A stretch of DNA of 59,449 nt from Amoebidium appalachense (Eukaryota; Protista; Ichthyosporea), in contig CAVNZM010000010.1 in assembly GCA_963693365.1 (NCBI GenBank), forward strand, positions 9,381,326 to 9,440,774, given 5' to 3'. A program made the translations under genes and the position numbers. The notes under the pieces are model-generated. The model did not search any database, was not told the origin of the DNA, and saw only the letters and a program-made list of their open reading frames with translations. Positions 15,216-28,692 of this stretch are shown here, one piece after another. Every line of letters begins with the position of its first letter. Position 1 is the stretch's first letter.

Positions 15216-15992
15216 TGTAAAGTATCCTCACGGACACTTCAGTGTAAAATGTATGTGTATGAGTGTAAACGGGGTTCACTCTGAACTGGATTTCAGAAGA
15301 TCGATGCGTGCGTTTATATACGGATGGTCGACCCGGACAAGATTACTTGACCAATCACACAACTCCCTAGCCGACCAATCATATTACAGATTAGTACAGG
15401 GCTAGTAATTACTGTGTGTGACTACTTGGTCTCTTGCCGGTTCTAACACTCATATATAATCTTTACTGCTGCATGACTTATGACTTACACAGCCCCGAAA
15501 TATACTCCAAATAAACAGGTACCAGTACTTTTCCTGTTTGTGACTTTGGTTACCAGTTACCTTTCGGAGTGCTGTCTCTCTCACATGTGTAACTGCAGGT
15601 TTACAACGACCACTCATTGCAGCTGGACTTTACCGGGATACCCTCGACATGACTGGTCGAATATGAGACTCCCCAATCACTCACAACCTGCTTGTTAGTT
15701 ATTCGTTCTCTATGGCCGCAGCATTTACGTGTTCCAATCAACACAGAAGAGGCCATAAGTGTCCACTCACGCGAGTCTCACCGTAGTTCGTTTCCAAGTA
15801 ACCGAACATATGTAATTGTATTCGATCATCCGATTGGAAAAGCAGATATCACATTTATGATTGGCTCATTCGTCAGCAAACGCCGACATCTGACTGGATG
15901 AGCCGGCACCGACGAAATGTAAACAAAACAAATAGATCTGAATAGATCTGAATCGATCGATTGACACGAATGCTCGCCGCGGAGACATAACA
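15216..15992 (-). repeat. Gypsy 3' LTR
   Basis: TGTAAAG...ATAACA; no difference from 34517-35293 seen by eye. Confidence 0.96.
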
Positions 15993-16041
15993 ATCCCCCC
16001 CTCAGCAGGAAATCTGAGCTCCGACGAAGAAGAGACAAAGT

Positions 16042-18950
16042 TTAACACATCGATTCAAGTTTCTTTTCCCGCCGTGGGAACAGAACATCGCGCAACTGCC
16101 GTCGTCGTAAAAGACGAGCCGTGCGTGCATCTGTAGCATTTGGTGTCGAGTTAACACTTACCGACTGAGTGACGTCGACCTGTTTGTCTACCCGTGGTGT
16201 TTTTGGATTTCTAGGAACAACAACCTTAGGATGAGAAGGTTGTCTAACTACCCGACGTTCGTATGCTTGGATTAACTCTGGGCACCATAATAAAGACTCT
16301 GGACGCCACTGATTGAAAGCCGTGTCGTAGCCTGCAAATTTGACTCGATAATAAGTGGTTGCATGGCCGTTGACTGTAACTACTTTCTTATCCAAAATTT
16401 TCTCTACCGTGGTGTCCATGCCACCTAACTCTGGAATACCGTTATGCTGGGTGTTAGGACACTGAGAAAACGTCGAAAGAGCACGGAAGGCAAATTCGTG
16501 GTAAGCCTTAATGTCGTCGACGTTATACTGGCGAATATCGTGCTCATTCACCGTATGCCGGAGTTTGTATTCAGTACTACCTATCCGGGCTAACACTATA
16601 TATGGACCCAAGAACCGTGGTCTCCATTTCTTCACGGGGCCACCCTTAGCACGGGTGAAATTCCTAACCAACACCTTACTGCCCACTTTAAAAGTACGGA
16701 GAGGAATGTTAGTGTTAGTGCTGTTAGTAAGAGATTCATGTGCTTGCTCTGTACGTTGCCGTGCCACTTCACGGGCAATGCCATGCAAAACTCGAGCCAA
16801 CACCTCCTCCCTATACTTAGTCCACTCTTCCATACGGAGAGGACCAGAGAAGGCAGGAAGCATACTCACATCTAAGAACTCGGTACACTCCTGACCATGC
16901 ACAAGAAAATACGGAGAAAAACCAGTGATAGCATTAGGTGTGGTACGATAAGCATGCACCACAAAAGGAAGTACACTATCCCAGTCAGCGTGCTCCATAT
17001 CCACATATTTTGCTAAACACGATTGAAACACTGCATGTGCACGTTCAGCAACGCCATTAGCTTGAGGGTGGTAAGCAGACGTATGCAACAATGACACACC
17101 CAACAGTTTACACACCTCACTCATTATTTCAGACAAAAATGAGCTACCCCTATCACTTAACACAGAACGGGGGGGCCAAAACGAAGACAAACATGATGCA
17201 AAAACACACGTGCCAACGTCACTGCATCACTTGAACGAATAGGGACAGTTTCAGTCCAACGTGTAGCTAAATCAGTGAGAGTAACAATATAATGATTACC
17301 CTGCACTGTTTCGGGGAAAGGCCCCATCACATCCATAGCTACCCGTTCAAAAGCCTTAATAAAAGTACCATGATACTGGGGGACCCGACTTCGCATGTGT
17401 GTGGATTGATTGTGAAATGCACATGCATGACATCCCAACACCTTTCTCTCCACATCCTTACTCATGCCAGGCCAATAATAATTCACTTGCACACGTTGAT
17501 ATGTACGGGACACACCTAAATGACCCGCCCACGGAGCATCATGCATGTGTTCAAGCACCATATCAACCAAACGAGGGGGAACCCACAAACGTTGACCTTG
17601 TGGCCCACTTAAATGATAAAGAACACCATCTTGCAACACACATTGGAGAGCACACCTTTTTGTACGATTTTCCCATGTCCGACGTTGGCCTTTGGTGGGT
17701 TTATCCACCGAAAAAACCATATCCCCTGGACGTTGCTCCACTTGACATATCACGTCGTGCAAAAACCTGTCACTGCGTTGTGACGACACCACCTGTTCCT
17801 GAAAAACAGGTGTAGAAAACTGGGAAGGAGAGGTGAACGAATTCGGGGTCCCACTGTGTACCGGGGCCCCTACCTTCACCATACTATCCTTAAGAGAGAC
17901 GATGTCTACTTCAGCAGCCCACACATGCTGATTTGACACGTTGATTGAATCTACTTCAACATTTACTCCATCAAAAGGGTGTGTTTGGGTGAATTTATCA
18001 TACTCGATGTATGCATTTCTACTGAGTGCATCACAATCTTTCATACTTTCACCTTTTGCATAAAAAGCCTTGTAATCAAACGAAGCTAACTCTGCAGCCC
18101 ACCGTTGCATGCGTTCGTTGGTTAGCTTAGTAAGACCTTTCATGGCTAAAGTAGGTTTGTGATCAGAATACACCTCAAACGTCCTACCTACCAAAATATG
18201 TCTCCACTCTTTGGTAATGAAATGATAGATAGCATGACTTTCCCGTTCTGGATTACTGTAACGTCGTTCCGTGGGGGAAAATACTCGACTGCCATATGCA
18301 ACTACTCTATCTACTTTATCCTGTTCTTGATACAGTATGCCACCCTCACTGACTAAACTGGCATCTACCCGAACTCGGAAAATACCTTGTGTGGGGGAGA
18401 AATCGGGGTGAACGAGAACATTATCACTTACCAATACTTCTTTTAACCGTTCAAAAGCTTCTAAAGCTTCAGAGTCCCACAACACGGGGGCTTTTCTGTC
18501 ACCACCTGTCTGCTTAGTAAGAGGGTGAGCAATTTCGGCATACCTCCGTATAAAACGACGGAGGTAATTGGTTAGTCCTAGAAACTGCCTGAGCTGAGTG
18601 ACCGTTTTAGGGTGAGGCCATTCTGTAATAGCCTTGATTTTACTAGGATCAGGAATAACACCATCCTTCGTGATCCTATGACCCAGGAATTTAACATCTT
18701 GCACCCCCACTATGGTCTTTTTACCACTCACTTTCATACCAGCAGCTTCCAACACAGAGAACACTTTTTCACAATTAGAAACTAATTCTTCAAACGTTCT
18801 CCCTTTGACACATGCGTCATCCATATAACACGCCGTATACGATAAACACGGACGCAAGATATCGCGCATAATACGACACAAATTTGCAGGTGCATGCACA
18901 AGACCTTGGGGCATCACAGTAAACTGCCACAACTCACCATCGAATGCAGG
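16042..18950 (-). CDS. Gypsy pol, 3' part: RT - RNase H - integrase - chromodomain (frameshift at G-run ~17170)
   Basis: VMPQGL, CYMDD, FLGLTNY, VDAS, YSDHKP, HDAPWAGHLG, MDVMGP, SDRGSSF, YHPQANG, GPY, VEKILDKK...YRVKFAGY...NQWRPESLL..CPELIQAY. Confidence 0.93.
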
Positions 18951-18957
18951 TTTTTTT

Positions 18958-19047
18958 TCTATGAAAAACTACTCCGGGACGTGTGTTGCCTCTAGGGGGA
19001 CATCCCCTTGGACGAAAGTGAACCTGCAATGGTTGTAAACCACGGCA
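18958..19047. repeat. split direct repeat B2 (90 bp)
   Basis: Matches 19527-19616. Confidence 0.93.
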
Positions 19048-19176
19048 AGCCCCCAGTCATCAATTTATTGATCCGTGAGGTCCATGTGCCCAAAAAACGG
19101 GGGAAGGCTTCGCCCCGTGAAAAAACAGCACGTATGTGTGGATGAATGGGGGTTGTGTGTGGGTGTAGGTGGGTGG

Positions 19177-19526
19177 GTGAAAAGGAATATATAGCTGTAA
19201 GGCTGTGGATGCTAAACACAGAAGATGTGTTTGTAGCTTGCTGATCTGCTAAAAACTGTCGTGCTTATATACCTAAGCCTACCGATCTGAACCAATCAAA
19301 AATCGATCTAGTGATATGTGAAATCTGATCCGAGCCAATCATAACTCGGTCTAGTGATCTGTGGTATCTGATGTTTTGACTGGCTAATAGGTGCCCGTGT
19401 GCGGGCAGCCAACCGCTAACTGCTAAAACACGAAATGAAGCCTACATGGTTATGTTGGTATCGAACACCCATCCTACGTGTTTACCCAGAAAAATATTTA
19501 TGTCAATAATTTCCACAAATAAAACC
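19177..19526. repeat. split direct repeat A2 (350 bp)
   Basis: Matches 30822-31171. Confidence 0.93.
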
Positions 19527-19616
19527 TCTATGAAAAACTACTCCGGGACGTGTGTTGCCTCTAGGGGGACATCCCCTTGGACGAAAGTGAACCTGCAATG
19601 GTTGTAAACCACGGCA
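19527..19616. repeat. split direct repeat B1 (90 bp)
   Basis: Matches 18958-19047; abuts A2. Confidence 0.93.
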
Positions 19617-19644
19617 CGAGAGCAGTATGCTTGCTCCAAAGGTT

Positions 19645-20676
19645 TCACTTAAGAATAGAGGCGAATACACGTGTGGTGGTGGCAGCAATGGAGGCCGGAC
19701 GAAGTCGGGTATAGATCAGGAAGCAGTCGGAGGACCACCGGCCGAGTTGTTTGATCCGGGAGTCGTCGACCCCGGCCTCAGCCAGTGCTGTGGCCCCCCC
19801 GATGCGGAGGCTGTGTCCGGCAAACCGGGAGGGTGAGAGGCCTGCCCGGGAGAGGAGGGCACGGAAATCGGCAGAGAAAGCACTCTTGGTGTAGGGGATG
19901 CCACCGAGACTGAAGAGGGGGTCGTCGGGTTGACCGGACGTTGTATCCAGGAACTGCCGGAGGAGATGGGCTGGGGAGAAGTGGGTGAGGGGCAGGGCAG
20001 CTAGGGTGACGTTGACACCTCGGGCCTGTACATCCGTCTTAGAGGTTGGCAGGTGGAGGGTGGCATGGGACAAAGTACCGGTGGGGGTGTAGCTGAAGGT
20101 CACGTCCTTCCGTTTAACGTGACGGGACGGGTCGAAAGAAGTCAGGGTCTTGGAGGTAAATTCCCCTGAACGGAGGAGACCACAGAAACCGACGATGAGG
20201 GCCGTCCATAGCCGGAGATTGGCCGAGGAGGCCTTGGTGGGGCACTGGCCGTGGAGTAGTTGGAGGTGGGAGGGGAGGAGGGGTTCCCTGGTGGATGAGC
20301 GGGGTCGGATGTTGTGAGAAAGCTGCCATCGGCCTACCCCCCGTAGGAACCAGGCCAGAGACTTGTCGTGGGGGTAGGGAGCAGGGAGGCCCATGTCGAG
20401 GTGGAGCCTGGTGATGGCCGAATTGTAGCCGGTTAAGGAAGAGGCCTGTACCCCTCGTTGGGCACACCAGGCGAGAAAAAGTTGCACGGTGTGTGGGGAG
20501 GCCGGGAGGGAGGACCCGGAGGAGGATTGCAGCCGAGATGCCACACAGAAATCGATGAACACTTTTTGCACCCGGGAGTAAAAGGCCCGAGAGTCGAGGT
20601 TGAGACTCAGGGCCTGGCATTCCTGCAGGGTAGTGGTGGCTCGAAGCAGCTCGGCCGGAGCAAAGTGGGGGGCCAA
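19645..20676 (-). CDS. tyrosine recombinase
   Basis: LLRSGEF, SKTD, GHSLRIGGAT, LGRWSSDCFLIY: R-K-HxxR-W-Y catalytic set. True start uncertain (homopolymer upstream). Confidence 0.95.
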   Translation of the reverse strand: MAPHFAPAELLRATTTLQECQALSLNLDSRAFYSRVQKVFIDFCVASRLQSSSGSSLPASPHTVQLFLAWCAQRGVQASSLTGYNSAITRLHLDMGLPAPYPHDKSLAWFLRGVGRWQLSHNIRPRSSTREPLLPSHLQLLHGQCPTKASSANLRLWTALIVGFCGLLRSGEFTSKTLTSFDPSRHVKRKDVTFSYTPTGTLSHATLHLPTSKTDVQARGVNVTLAALPLTHFSPAHLLRQFLDTTSGQPDDPLFSLGGIPYTKSAFSADFRALLSRAGLSPSRFAGHSLRIGGATALAEAGVDDSRIKQLGRWSSDCFLIYTRLRPASIAATTTRVFASILK

Positions 20677-20707
20677 TCTGCCAGTGTTGCTCCGGAACGG
20701 GAGATCT

Positions 20708-20735
<28 letters not shown>

Positions 20736-20738
<3 letters not shown>

Positions 20739-22330
20739 GCCCAAGGGAAGGGATAGGAACTCGTGGACCCAGGAGGGGAAGGGGCAGGGCTCCGGTTGCA
20801 GGGAAGGTCGGAGTCGTCGGGCCCGGGGAAGTTGGTTACGAGAAATGGCATCGGCCAGATGGTTGAGGGGTCCTGGTAGGTAGGATGCCTGTAACGTAAA
20901 TTGGTATTGCATTTCCATGCGGGTGATGAACCGAATAAGTTTGGCCATCACGGGGTGGGGGGAAGACCGGGAGTGCAGGTCAGACACAGCACCCGTGTTG
21001 TCGCATAAAATACGGACATGGTGGGTGGACCAGGAGGGGGCCCAGAGGGCCACGGCGGCTGCGATGGCCAGGAGTTCGATGACGGAAGAACCGAGTTTAC
21101 CCTCATGAGCATAGAGGGCTTGGGTGGAGGGGGACCAGGGCATGAAGAACCATTGGTCGAGCCAGTGGCCACCTAGACCCACCGATCCGGCAGCATCAGT
21201 GGCCAGGGTGGTGTATGTGGGGGGTGTGATGAGGTGCACCCCATTCCATGATGTGAGGAACTGGTGCCATTCGGCTATGTCGGCCCGGGCGGCAGCAGTC
21301 AGTCGTATGTGGTGGTGGCCGGCAAGGTGTGGGTGGGTCCGGAGAAGGGCCCATAGGCGCTGGGAGAAGGCCCTCCCGGGGGGAACCAGCTGGGCACACC
21401 AGGTGAGTTTGCCGAGGAGGGACTGGAGGTCCCGAATGGTGATGGTGGGCTTTGGGTGGGAAGTGAGGTCGAGTAGGTCCGAGAGCTTGGAAGCCGGGAT
21501 TCGTGCCTCCATGGCGATGGAGTCGAATTCGATACCGATGAAGACGACACGGGTAGCCGGGCCCTGCATCTTGTCTTCGGAGATGGCAATGTGCAGCTCT
21601 CGGCAGAGTTGCAGAAAGGTGGATAGGTGACGTTGGCACTGCTGTTGTGTGGGGGCGACTATAATCCAGTCGTCTACGTAGTGGCGGATGAGGGTAATAC
21701 CGTGCTGGTGTGCCAGCCACTGTTGGGTGGCCGCGATCCGTTCCCAGATGGCTGGGCTAGATTTCAGGCCGAAGGGCAGTCTGGTTTCAACGTAAAAATG
21801 CCCTTGCCATTTGAATGCCATTAAGTGGTGGTCTTCCGGTTGGATGGGCATGTGCCGGAAGGCAGCCAGCACATCTGCCACGGCCATGTAGCAGCCGGGG
21901 CCTGCGTCGAGAATGAGTTGGGTGACATCCCGGGCGCGAATGTACTGAAGTTCGTCGGGGTAGGTGATGCTGTCATTGACACTGCTACCCCGGGGCCAGG
22001 AGAGGTGGTGGATTCGACGGTACTTGGGGGGGTTCCCTTTCTTGGTAACGGCGCCGATGGGGGAGGAACGGTGGACGGGAAATTCGTCAAAGAATTGGGC
22101 CGGGGAGAGGGGGCCGCGCAGGTGGCCGAGGGCGACTTCTTTGGCAATATCCACCGTGATAGCGGCAGCTGCCTCCGGGGTGGTGGGTAGGTTGGGGCCC
22201 ACCCGAGAGGTGGAGGGGCCGCGATAGCCGATGTCGACGCCGAATTCGACATCGTGGAGGAGTTGTGCGGCGAATGGTTGGTCCGGGTAGGAGGCCAGCA
22301 GTTCCCGGAGGCGGGAGGTGTCAATGTGGT
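20736..22330 (-). CDS. DIRS/Ngaro-type reverse transcriptase - RNase H
   Basis: RRIHHLSWP..SVND, ADVLAAFRH, LPFGLKSSP, HYVDDW, TDAAGSVGLGG, ELLAI, CDNTG, NHLADAISR. The frame stays open upstream of 22202; start uncertain. Confidence 0.93.
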
Positions 22331-22420
22331 GCTGGGGCAGCGGGGCGGGCCTCCGGGTCTGAGCCTCGGGGGAAGGGGGTGGTTAGCAAGGGTGGTGTAC
22401 CCTTGGGGAGATCCCGGCAG

Positions 22421-22463
<43 letters not shown>

Positions 22464-22870
22464 CAGGGCCCCGGGGGGTTAGAGTAGGGCAGCTTGGCCC
22501 AAGTGAGGGTTGGCAGGGAGGGCAGCGGGGCCCTGTGCAGGGGAATGTGCCCGAGCACGCGGGGCTGTGGGCGGACACAGCGGTAGAAGAAAGGGGGGGG
22601 GGAGGGAGTGCTAGGTGAGTGTAAGGGGGGGAGGCTCGTGGGATGGGGGGGGGGGGGGGAGTAAAATTATGTGCAGTGGCCAGAATAAACGTCTTTGTAT
22701 AGGGACATTTATTCTTGACGCGCGCGGGCGCCGTAGTTGGCCTGCGAAATTTTGTACTCAGCCCTATTGGCCCGTTCTCCCGAGCTCCGTTTCCCTGTAC
22801 TCGTGTGTCCTAGCTCCGAACCCCTATGTTCTAGCTGTGTGTGTGGGTGTGCGCGTAGACTAGGCATTGT

Positions 22871-23796
22871 TGTTGTAATACGTAGTATTTACATATGGTA
22901 AGATCTTCTCAGTTTGTGTTATGTTTCAGTTCATATGCTTAGTGTAAATGCCACACTCCTATTATGTAAAGTGTAGCATCGATCTCCGATATGCTTGTAT
23001 ACTTGTAATCGTGTTGTATCGGCTTTAATCGTGTATTGTAATATCGATTAGAATATTTATATGTGTGTACACGGATCCACCCACTCAGGGAGAGACGTGT
23101 ACATGTTCGTGTGTACATAAATATCTCTGGTTATAGTTATGCTATTACTATCTTGTTTGTTGATCTGTGCTCTCTTTTCCTTCCTCTTTCTCCTTCCTTA
23201 TTTTCTTTTCTTTCTCTCCTTGTCTTCATGTGTATAATCGTATTTCTTTTCTACTAATATATGTTAGGTAGATTTGTGTTACTTAATACGTGTTCATTGG
23301 ACGGTAACACACTTAGGCTACACTTAGAATAGCATGTGTGTTTAGACTTCATTAATTCACTTTAGTTTTCATGTGTTGCCGGGCTTTAACCAATCATCAA
23401 GGTTAAGTGTGATATGTCTGAGTCTTTGCAGTATGTCATAGGTTAGAACTTCCTTGATGATGACACGAGTTGATCTTAACTGGTGTCTGTGTCCTATCGT
23501 GTACGCCTCCGCGTACCGGATCTCTCTCAAAGCAATTGGTTCTTAGTGATTGGTTTCTATTAGAGATGGATCTGATTTCCGACTGGTCGGAAATCATGTA
23601 TGGATTGGACTTAGAGGAATTTCAGGTATTTATTCGAAGATCAGAATAAATTCAGTTCAGTCGTGTCTAAACATTGATGTCTGTTGTGTACACTGCTCCG
23701 ATCGTTCCGTGTTTTGTTGTTGTGTGTGTCTGTGGTGTTTTCACACTGCACCACTGTGTCTCTGCTTACATCCTAAATACTTATAGAAATTTAACA
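22871..23796 (+). repeat. Copia-1 5' LTR
   Basis: TGTTG...TAACA; one substitution seen versus the 3' LTR (near 23528). Confidence 0.95.
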
Positions 23797-23858
23797 GGTT
23801 ATGCAGCCCTTTTGCACGCTCCCTACACACATCTAGAACTCGCGCTCGTTTTTCAATC

Positions 23859-26800
23859 ATGGATCCAAACAAAACTGGCGTAAACAAAATCACCATGTGG
23901 AAAGGTGAAGGGAAGACTGGTCCCGATAGCAAAACTACCTATTTTCAATGGGAAATCATTTTTCTCGGCATGATGACCGGCACTAAAGGTGTCCGACTCG
24001 TGGATGTTGTCCTTGCTGACAACTACGTCCCCCCTACCACCGTCGCGGTTGACGGTGAACCCCCCTTCTATGGCTACGGCACTACCGCGGAACTCAAAGA
24101 GGCCCGCAATTGCCTCCTGCTCCATATGATACAGAACATCGACCCTTCCGTCCTCACCACCGTTGCCCAGTACCGTATTGGCATGGACCCTGAACGGGCC
24201 ATGTGGAAATTCCGTCAACACTATCTCCAAGGCAAACCCGATCAGATCCGCATCCTTCACCGTCAGTGGGATGCCTGTGCCCTTCAGCCCGGTGAATCAT
24301 TCACCACCTACCTGAGCCGTCTGCAGACCATCGTGAACCAGCTCCAGTCTCTCCAAGATGAGTCCATTCACTTCACTCGTCTAGCTGAGAAGTTCTTCAA
24401 TGAACTCACCACCAGAGACGACCTCACCCCTGAGTTCAATCGTCTTATCGAAGACTATCACTTCGGTGATAAGCTATTCCCCGACTTCGAGTCCCTCCAT
24501 AACCACGTCAAGGGCATCGAGTTACGTCAAGACCTCAAGATGCAACTCCGGAACAACCGTGCCCACCGTGCCTCCAAGTCCAGCATGGCATTAAATGCCA
24601 GTGCTCCCCCCCGTGATCTTCCTCGCCGTGACTTACGCACCCGACTTGACCGTACCTCTGGCACGGACCTCCGAACTCGTCTCTCCCGTCAGCACACCCG
24701 ATCCCGTTCCCCCCACCGGCCTGCCTTCCGGTCCACGTCTCGTTCCCCCAGTCGTTCCCGTTTCTCGGGTTCCCGTCGTTCTGATTCCCCCGGCTCGTTC
24801 TAACACCCCGTCCGTGAAAGAATGCTCCTACTGCCACGAGCCTGATCACACGATCATCGATTGCCCTGAGCCGAAATGCCGTATGTCCAGACACAACCGT
24901 TCCCGTCAAGGCAGTGAGAAATCTGTCTCCTTTGCTTTCTCGGCATACAATGCTAGCTCCGTCCCCGTGTCCTCCGACCCTGCCTGGGATTCCGGGTGCA
25001 ACATGACTGTTTGCCCCACCCGTGAGTTCTTCCATGACCTCACTCCCCTTCCGACACCGACTCCCGTTGCTGCCTTCAATGGCACCCCCGTCTTGGCCAC
25101 TCACACCGGCCATATCGTCATCAACACCACCACCGACCATGGCACTACCACCCTAACCATTGAAGCCTACTACACCCCGTCTGGCCAAGCCTTCCTCATT
25201 TCAACATCCCAAGCTGCTGCCGAATACATCAAGGGTGATTTGAACGATGCCTCCACTCCGTCATTCCTCTTCGACCGACTCACCGGCCGTCATCTCGTCA
25301 ACCTCCGTCTACACAACGGTCTGTATTACTTCAAGGACTACACCATTCAACCACCCACTCGTCCTGTGGCTCTGGCTGCCACTACCAGTGTTAACCCATC
25401 CATCTGGCACCATCGTCTGGGGCACCGAGCTATGACCAGCATCAAGGACATGGTGAAACACGACCTTGTTATTGGTCTCCCCTCCTCTGTCCTCGACTGT
25501 GATGTTCCTGATTGTCATGGCTGCATTATGGGTAAGACCACCAAGGCTCCGTTCAGGGGTGACCGTCCTCACTCCAACATCCCCGGTCATGAATGGCATT
25601 GGGATTTTTTTGAGCCTACCACAACATCGTACGGAGGTTCCAAGGTTGCTCTCGTCACTGTCTGCCGTGCCTCTGGCCTCGTCAAGATCTACCCGATGGC
25701 CGACCGTACCACCACCCTGGATATTCTCACAGCTCACACCAACCTCGTTGCCACCCATGCCCCCTCCAAAGTTGGTGTTTACCACTTCGACTCCGGCTCT
25801 GAGTTCACCTCCAAGGATACCCGTGCTTTTTGCCTCTCCCAGGGCATCAAGGCCAGCTATGCTCCGGTGGACTGCCCTCAACTGAACGGCTATGTTGAAC
25901 GACGTATGCGGTTCCTCCAAGAGATTGTCCGTTGCCTCCTCCATCAAGTCCAAGATCAGTCTCTGTCTCCCAAACTGTGGGCTGAGGCCCTCCAACATGC
26001 CGCCTACATCATCAACGTCACCCCGTCCACGACTGCCAATGGTCGTACACCATTCGAGGTTTTCTACGGTGTCAAGCCCGACATCTCCGAGCTCAAAGTG
26101 TTCGGTTGCCCTGCCTACACTCACGTGCCAGCCTCTAAACGGAACAAGCTGGCCCCCACCGTCAAACTCGGCATGTATATCGGCTATGATCTTCAATCAC
26201 ACTGCCACCGGATCTTCAATGCCACCACCCATCGTGTCGGCCTCTTCCGTGATGTGATTTTCGACGAATCAGCTTATCTCCCGTCCGACATTCCATCAAC
26301 CCTTCCGACCCCCGACACCACTGCTACCTCGACCACCCCACCCCCCACAGTTGACACTGAAGATGATGTTTGTCTGGTGTACTCTGGCCCCCCTCCTGCC
26401 ATCGTCGTTCCCCCGACACCCCCCCCCCCACCGGCCCCCCTGCCCCCGTGCCCGTCCAGCCTGCCGACCCTCATCCTGGCCCTGGCAACGTCACACCCAT
26501 CCGACCCGGCTCCCCCGACAACTTCCACTCGGCCCCGTCCAGCCCGGAGGTTGCCCCCCCTGCACTTCCGAACTTCCAAGTTCCCCCCCCCACCGTCTCC
26601 ACCTACCCCGGTTCCTGCACCCCGTCGTTCTGCCCGTCTCCAGGGCAAGGTTGGACTTCAAGCCACCACCACCCTGCCAGTCCCCCCCGGTCCCCCCATC
26701 AACATCGACCAACTACCCAAACTTGTCCGTCAACTCTGTTCCGGACCCAATGGTGATCAGGTCAAGTCAGCCCTGACTGCTGAGTATCAAGCCTTCGTCG

Positions 26801-28270
26801 ACAAAGACATCTTTGAACTTGTTGACCCTCCCCCTGGTGCTAACATCGTCGGCTTCAAGTGGATTGTCTCCGAGAAAACTCTCAACTCGGCTGGTGACAC
26901 CAAGATCAAGGCACGTGGTGTTGCTCAAGGCTTCAGTCAGCAATACGGTGTTGACTATGAGTTGATTGAGAGCCCTGTCATCCGTCCGGCTGCTCTCCGT
27001 GCCATCCTAGCTCTGGCCGTTGTTGAAGGTCATGACATACATCAACTCGACGTGTCTACGGCCTTTCTCAACAGCCCACTCACCGAGACCATCTACATGA
27101 AACAACCCCCGGGATTCATCACCATGGCCACACTTGGCAAGGTCTGGAGACTCAAGAAAGCCCTGTACGGCCTCAAGCAAGCCTCCAAGGCTTGGTACGA
27201 CTTCCTCGACGGCATTCTTCTTGCCCATGGCCTGACCCGTACTAAGACCGACCCGTGCATCTACCTCCGGTTCTTCCCCAACAACGATGTGGTACGGGCT
27301 GGTAACTACGTCGATGACTCCACCATCACCAACACCCGGGGTTCTACTGCTGCCAGTGACCTGGCTGCCCACATCAGCAAGATGGCCAGCTGTCGTATGA
27401 GTCCATTTGACCGTATGCTCGGTGTTGATTTTAATCACTCTGATCCCCATCACCTCCACATGCACCAGAGGTCTTACATCATGGATATCATCCACGACTT
27501 CAACCTCACCGATGCCAAGTCCAAGTCTACCCCCATCCCTGCAGGCACCACCGTCTCCCTGGCTGATTGCCCCCCCCCAACCGTTCACCGTGCCCTACCG
27601 TGAGTTACTCGGCCGTCTCCTCTGGGTGGCACGGTGCACACGTCCCGACATTGCCTATGCCATCGGCTTCCTTGGTCGGTTCAGCACCAACCCCGGCAAG
27701 ACTCACTGGGACCTTCTCCGTCGTGTGGCCCGGTACCTGCTCGGCACCATTGACCTTGGCATTGACTACAAGTACTCGGCCACCCAGTCCCCCATACTCG
27801 AATGCTACACGGATGCTGACTTTGCTGGTTGTGCCGACAGCAAGAAGTCTACCACCGGCTACATTATCGTGTTTGCTGGTATGCCCGTCATCTGGTACTC
27901 CAAGCTCCAGCCCATCACGGCCACCAGCACCACTGAAGCTGAGCTGATTGCTCTCAATGCTGGCACCCAAGAAGTTGCTTGGGTCCGTGACCTCTTCAAG
28001 GAACTCGGCTGTCCCATGCTTGCTCCGACTCCGGTGTACTGTGACAACCAGTCGACCATTGCCATCGTCAACTCCACCGGCATCAAGCACCGTACCAAAC
28101 ACATTGCCGTCCGGTATCACAACACCAAGGACTACATTGCCAGTGGGGACGTGGTTGTCCACTACGTTGAGTCAGCCCACAACTTAGCTGACATACTCAC
28201 CAAACCCCTCCCCGGCCCGAGTCATGTCCACCATCGTGCTCGACTTTGTTTACCGGATATTGTGGATTGA
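23859..28270 (+). CDS. Copia gag-pol polyprotein (frameshifts near 24790 and 27575, at or near C-runs)
   Basis: CSYCHEPDHTIIDC knuckle, WDSGCN protease, WHHRLGH, FDSGSEF/PQLNG integrase, QLDVSTAFLN/ALYGLKQ/YVDD RT, YTDADFA/CDNQS/NLADILTK RNase H. Confidence 0.93.
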
Positions 28271-28692
28271 CCCGACCTACTTCAAGAGTGATTTTCTCAT
28301 GTGTACTACTTACTTTATCAACATCATTATATCATATGTATTGCCTTTGTGGGTATGCCCACTTAGGGTTTATATATAAGGTTTGACCTGTACCATCACT
28401 CTACTCTATCTTTCACTGGTTTAAAACCCAGTTAATCAAACACCGCCTATACACGTTATATATATTCGTTGTTTTTGCCCCGGTTCCTTCCCCCCTCCCC
28501 CCCCCTTCCCCCCCCCTTCCCCCCCCCCCTTCCCCCCCCCCCCCCTCCCCCCCCCCTCCCCCCCTCTCCCCCCCCCCCCCCCGGGAAAAGTACACACTTT
28601 AATTTTTTTTTTCCGTTTCTGTTCTCAAGTGGGGAGATTTCACTAGTTCAGTGGGGATATGATAACACAAACTTCAAAGTCTTAAGTGGGGA

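Noticed and set aside
17165-17176. Programmed frameshifts in Gypsy integrase and Copia pol (also ~24790, ~27575, ~41380)
   Set aside because: They fall at or near G/C homopolymers, most simply sequencing indels or decay.
25309-28162. Long antisense ORFs over Copia, Ngaro and pPolB coding regions
   Set aside because: Shadow frames expected from strong C/G third-position bias; no domains.
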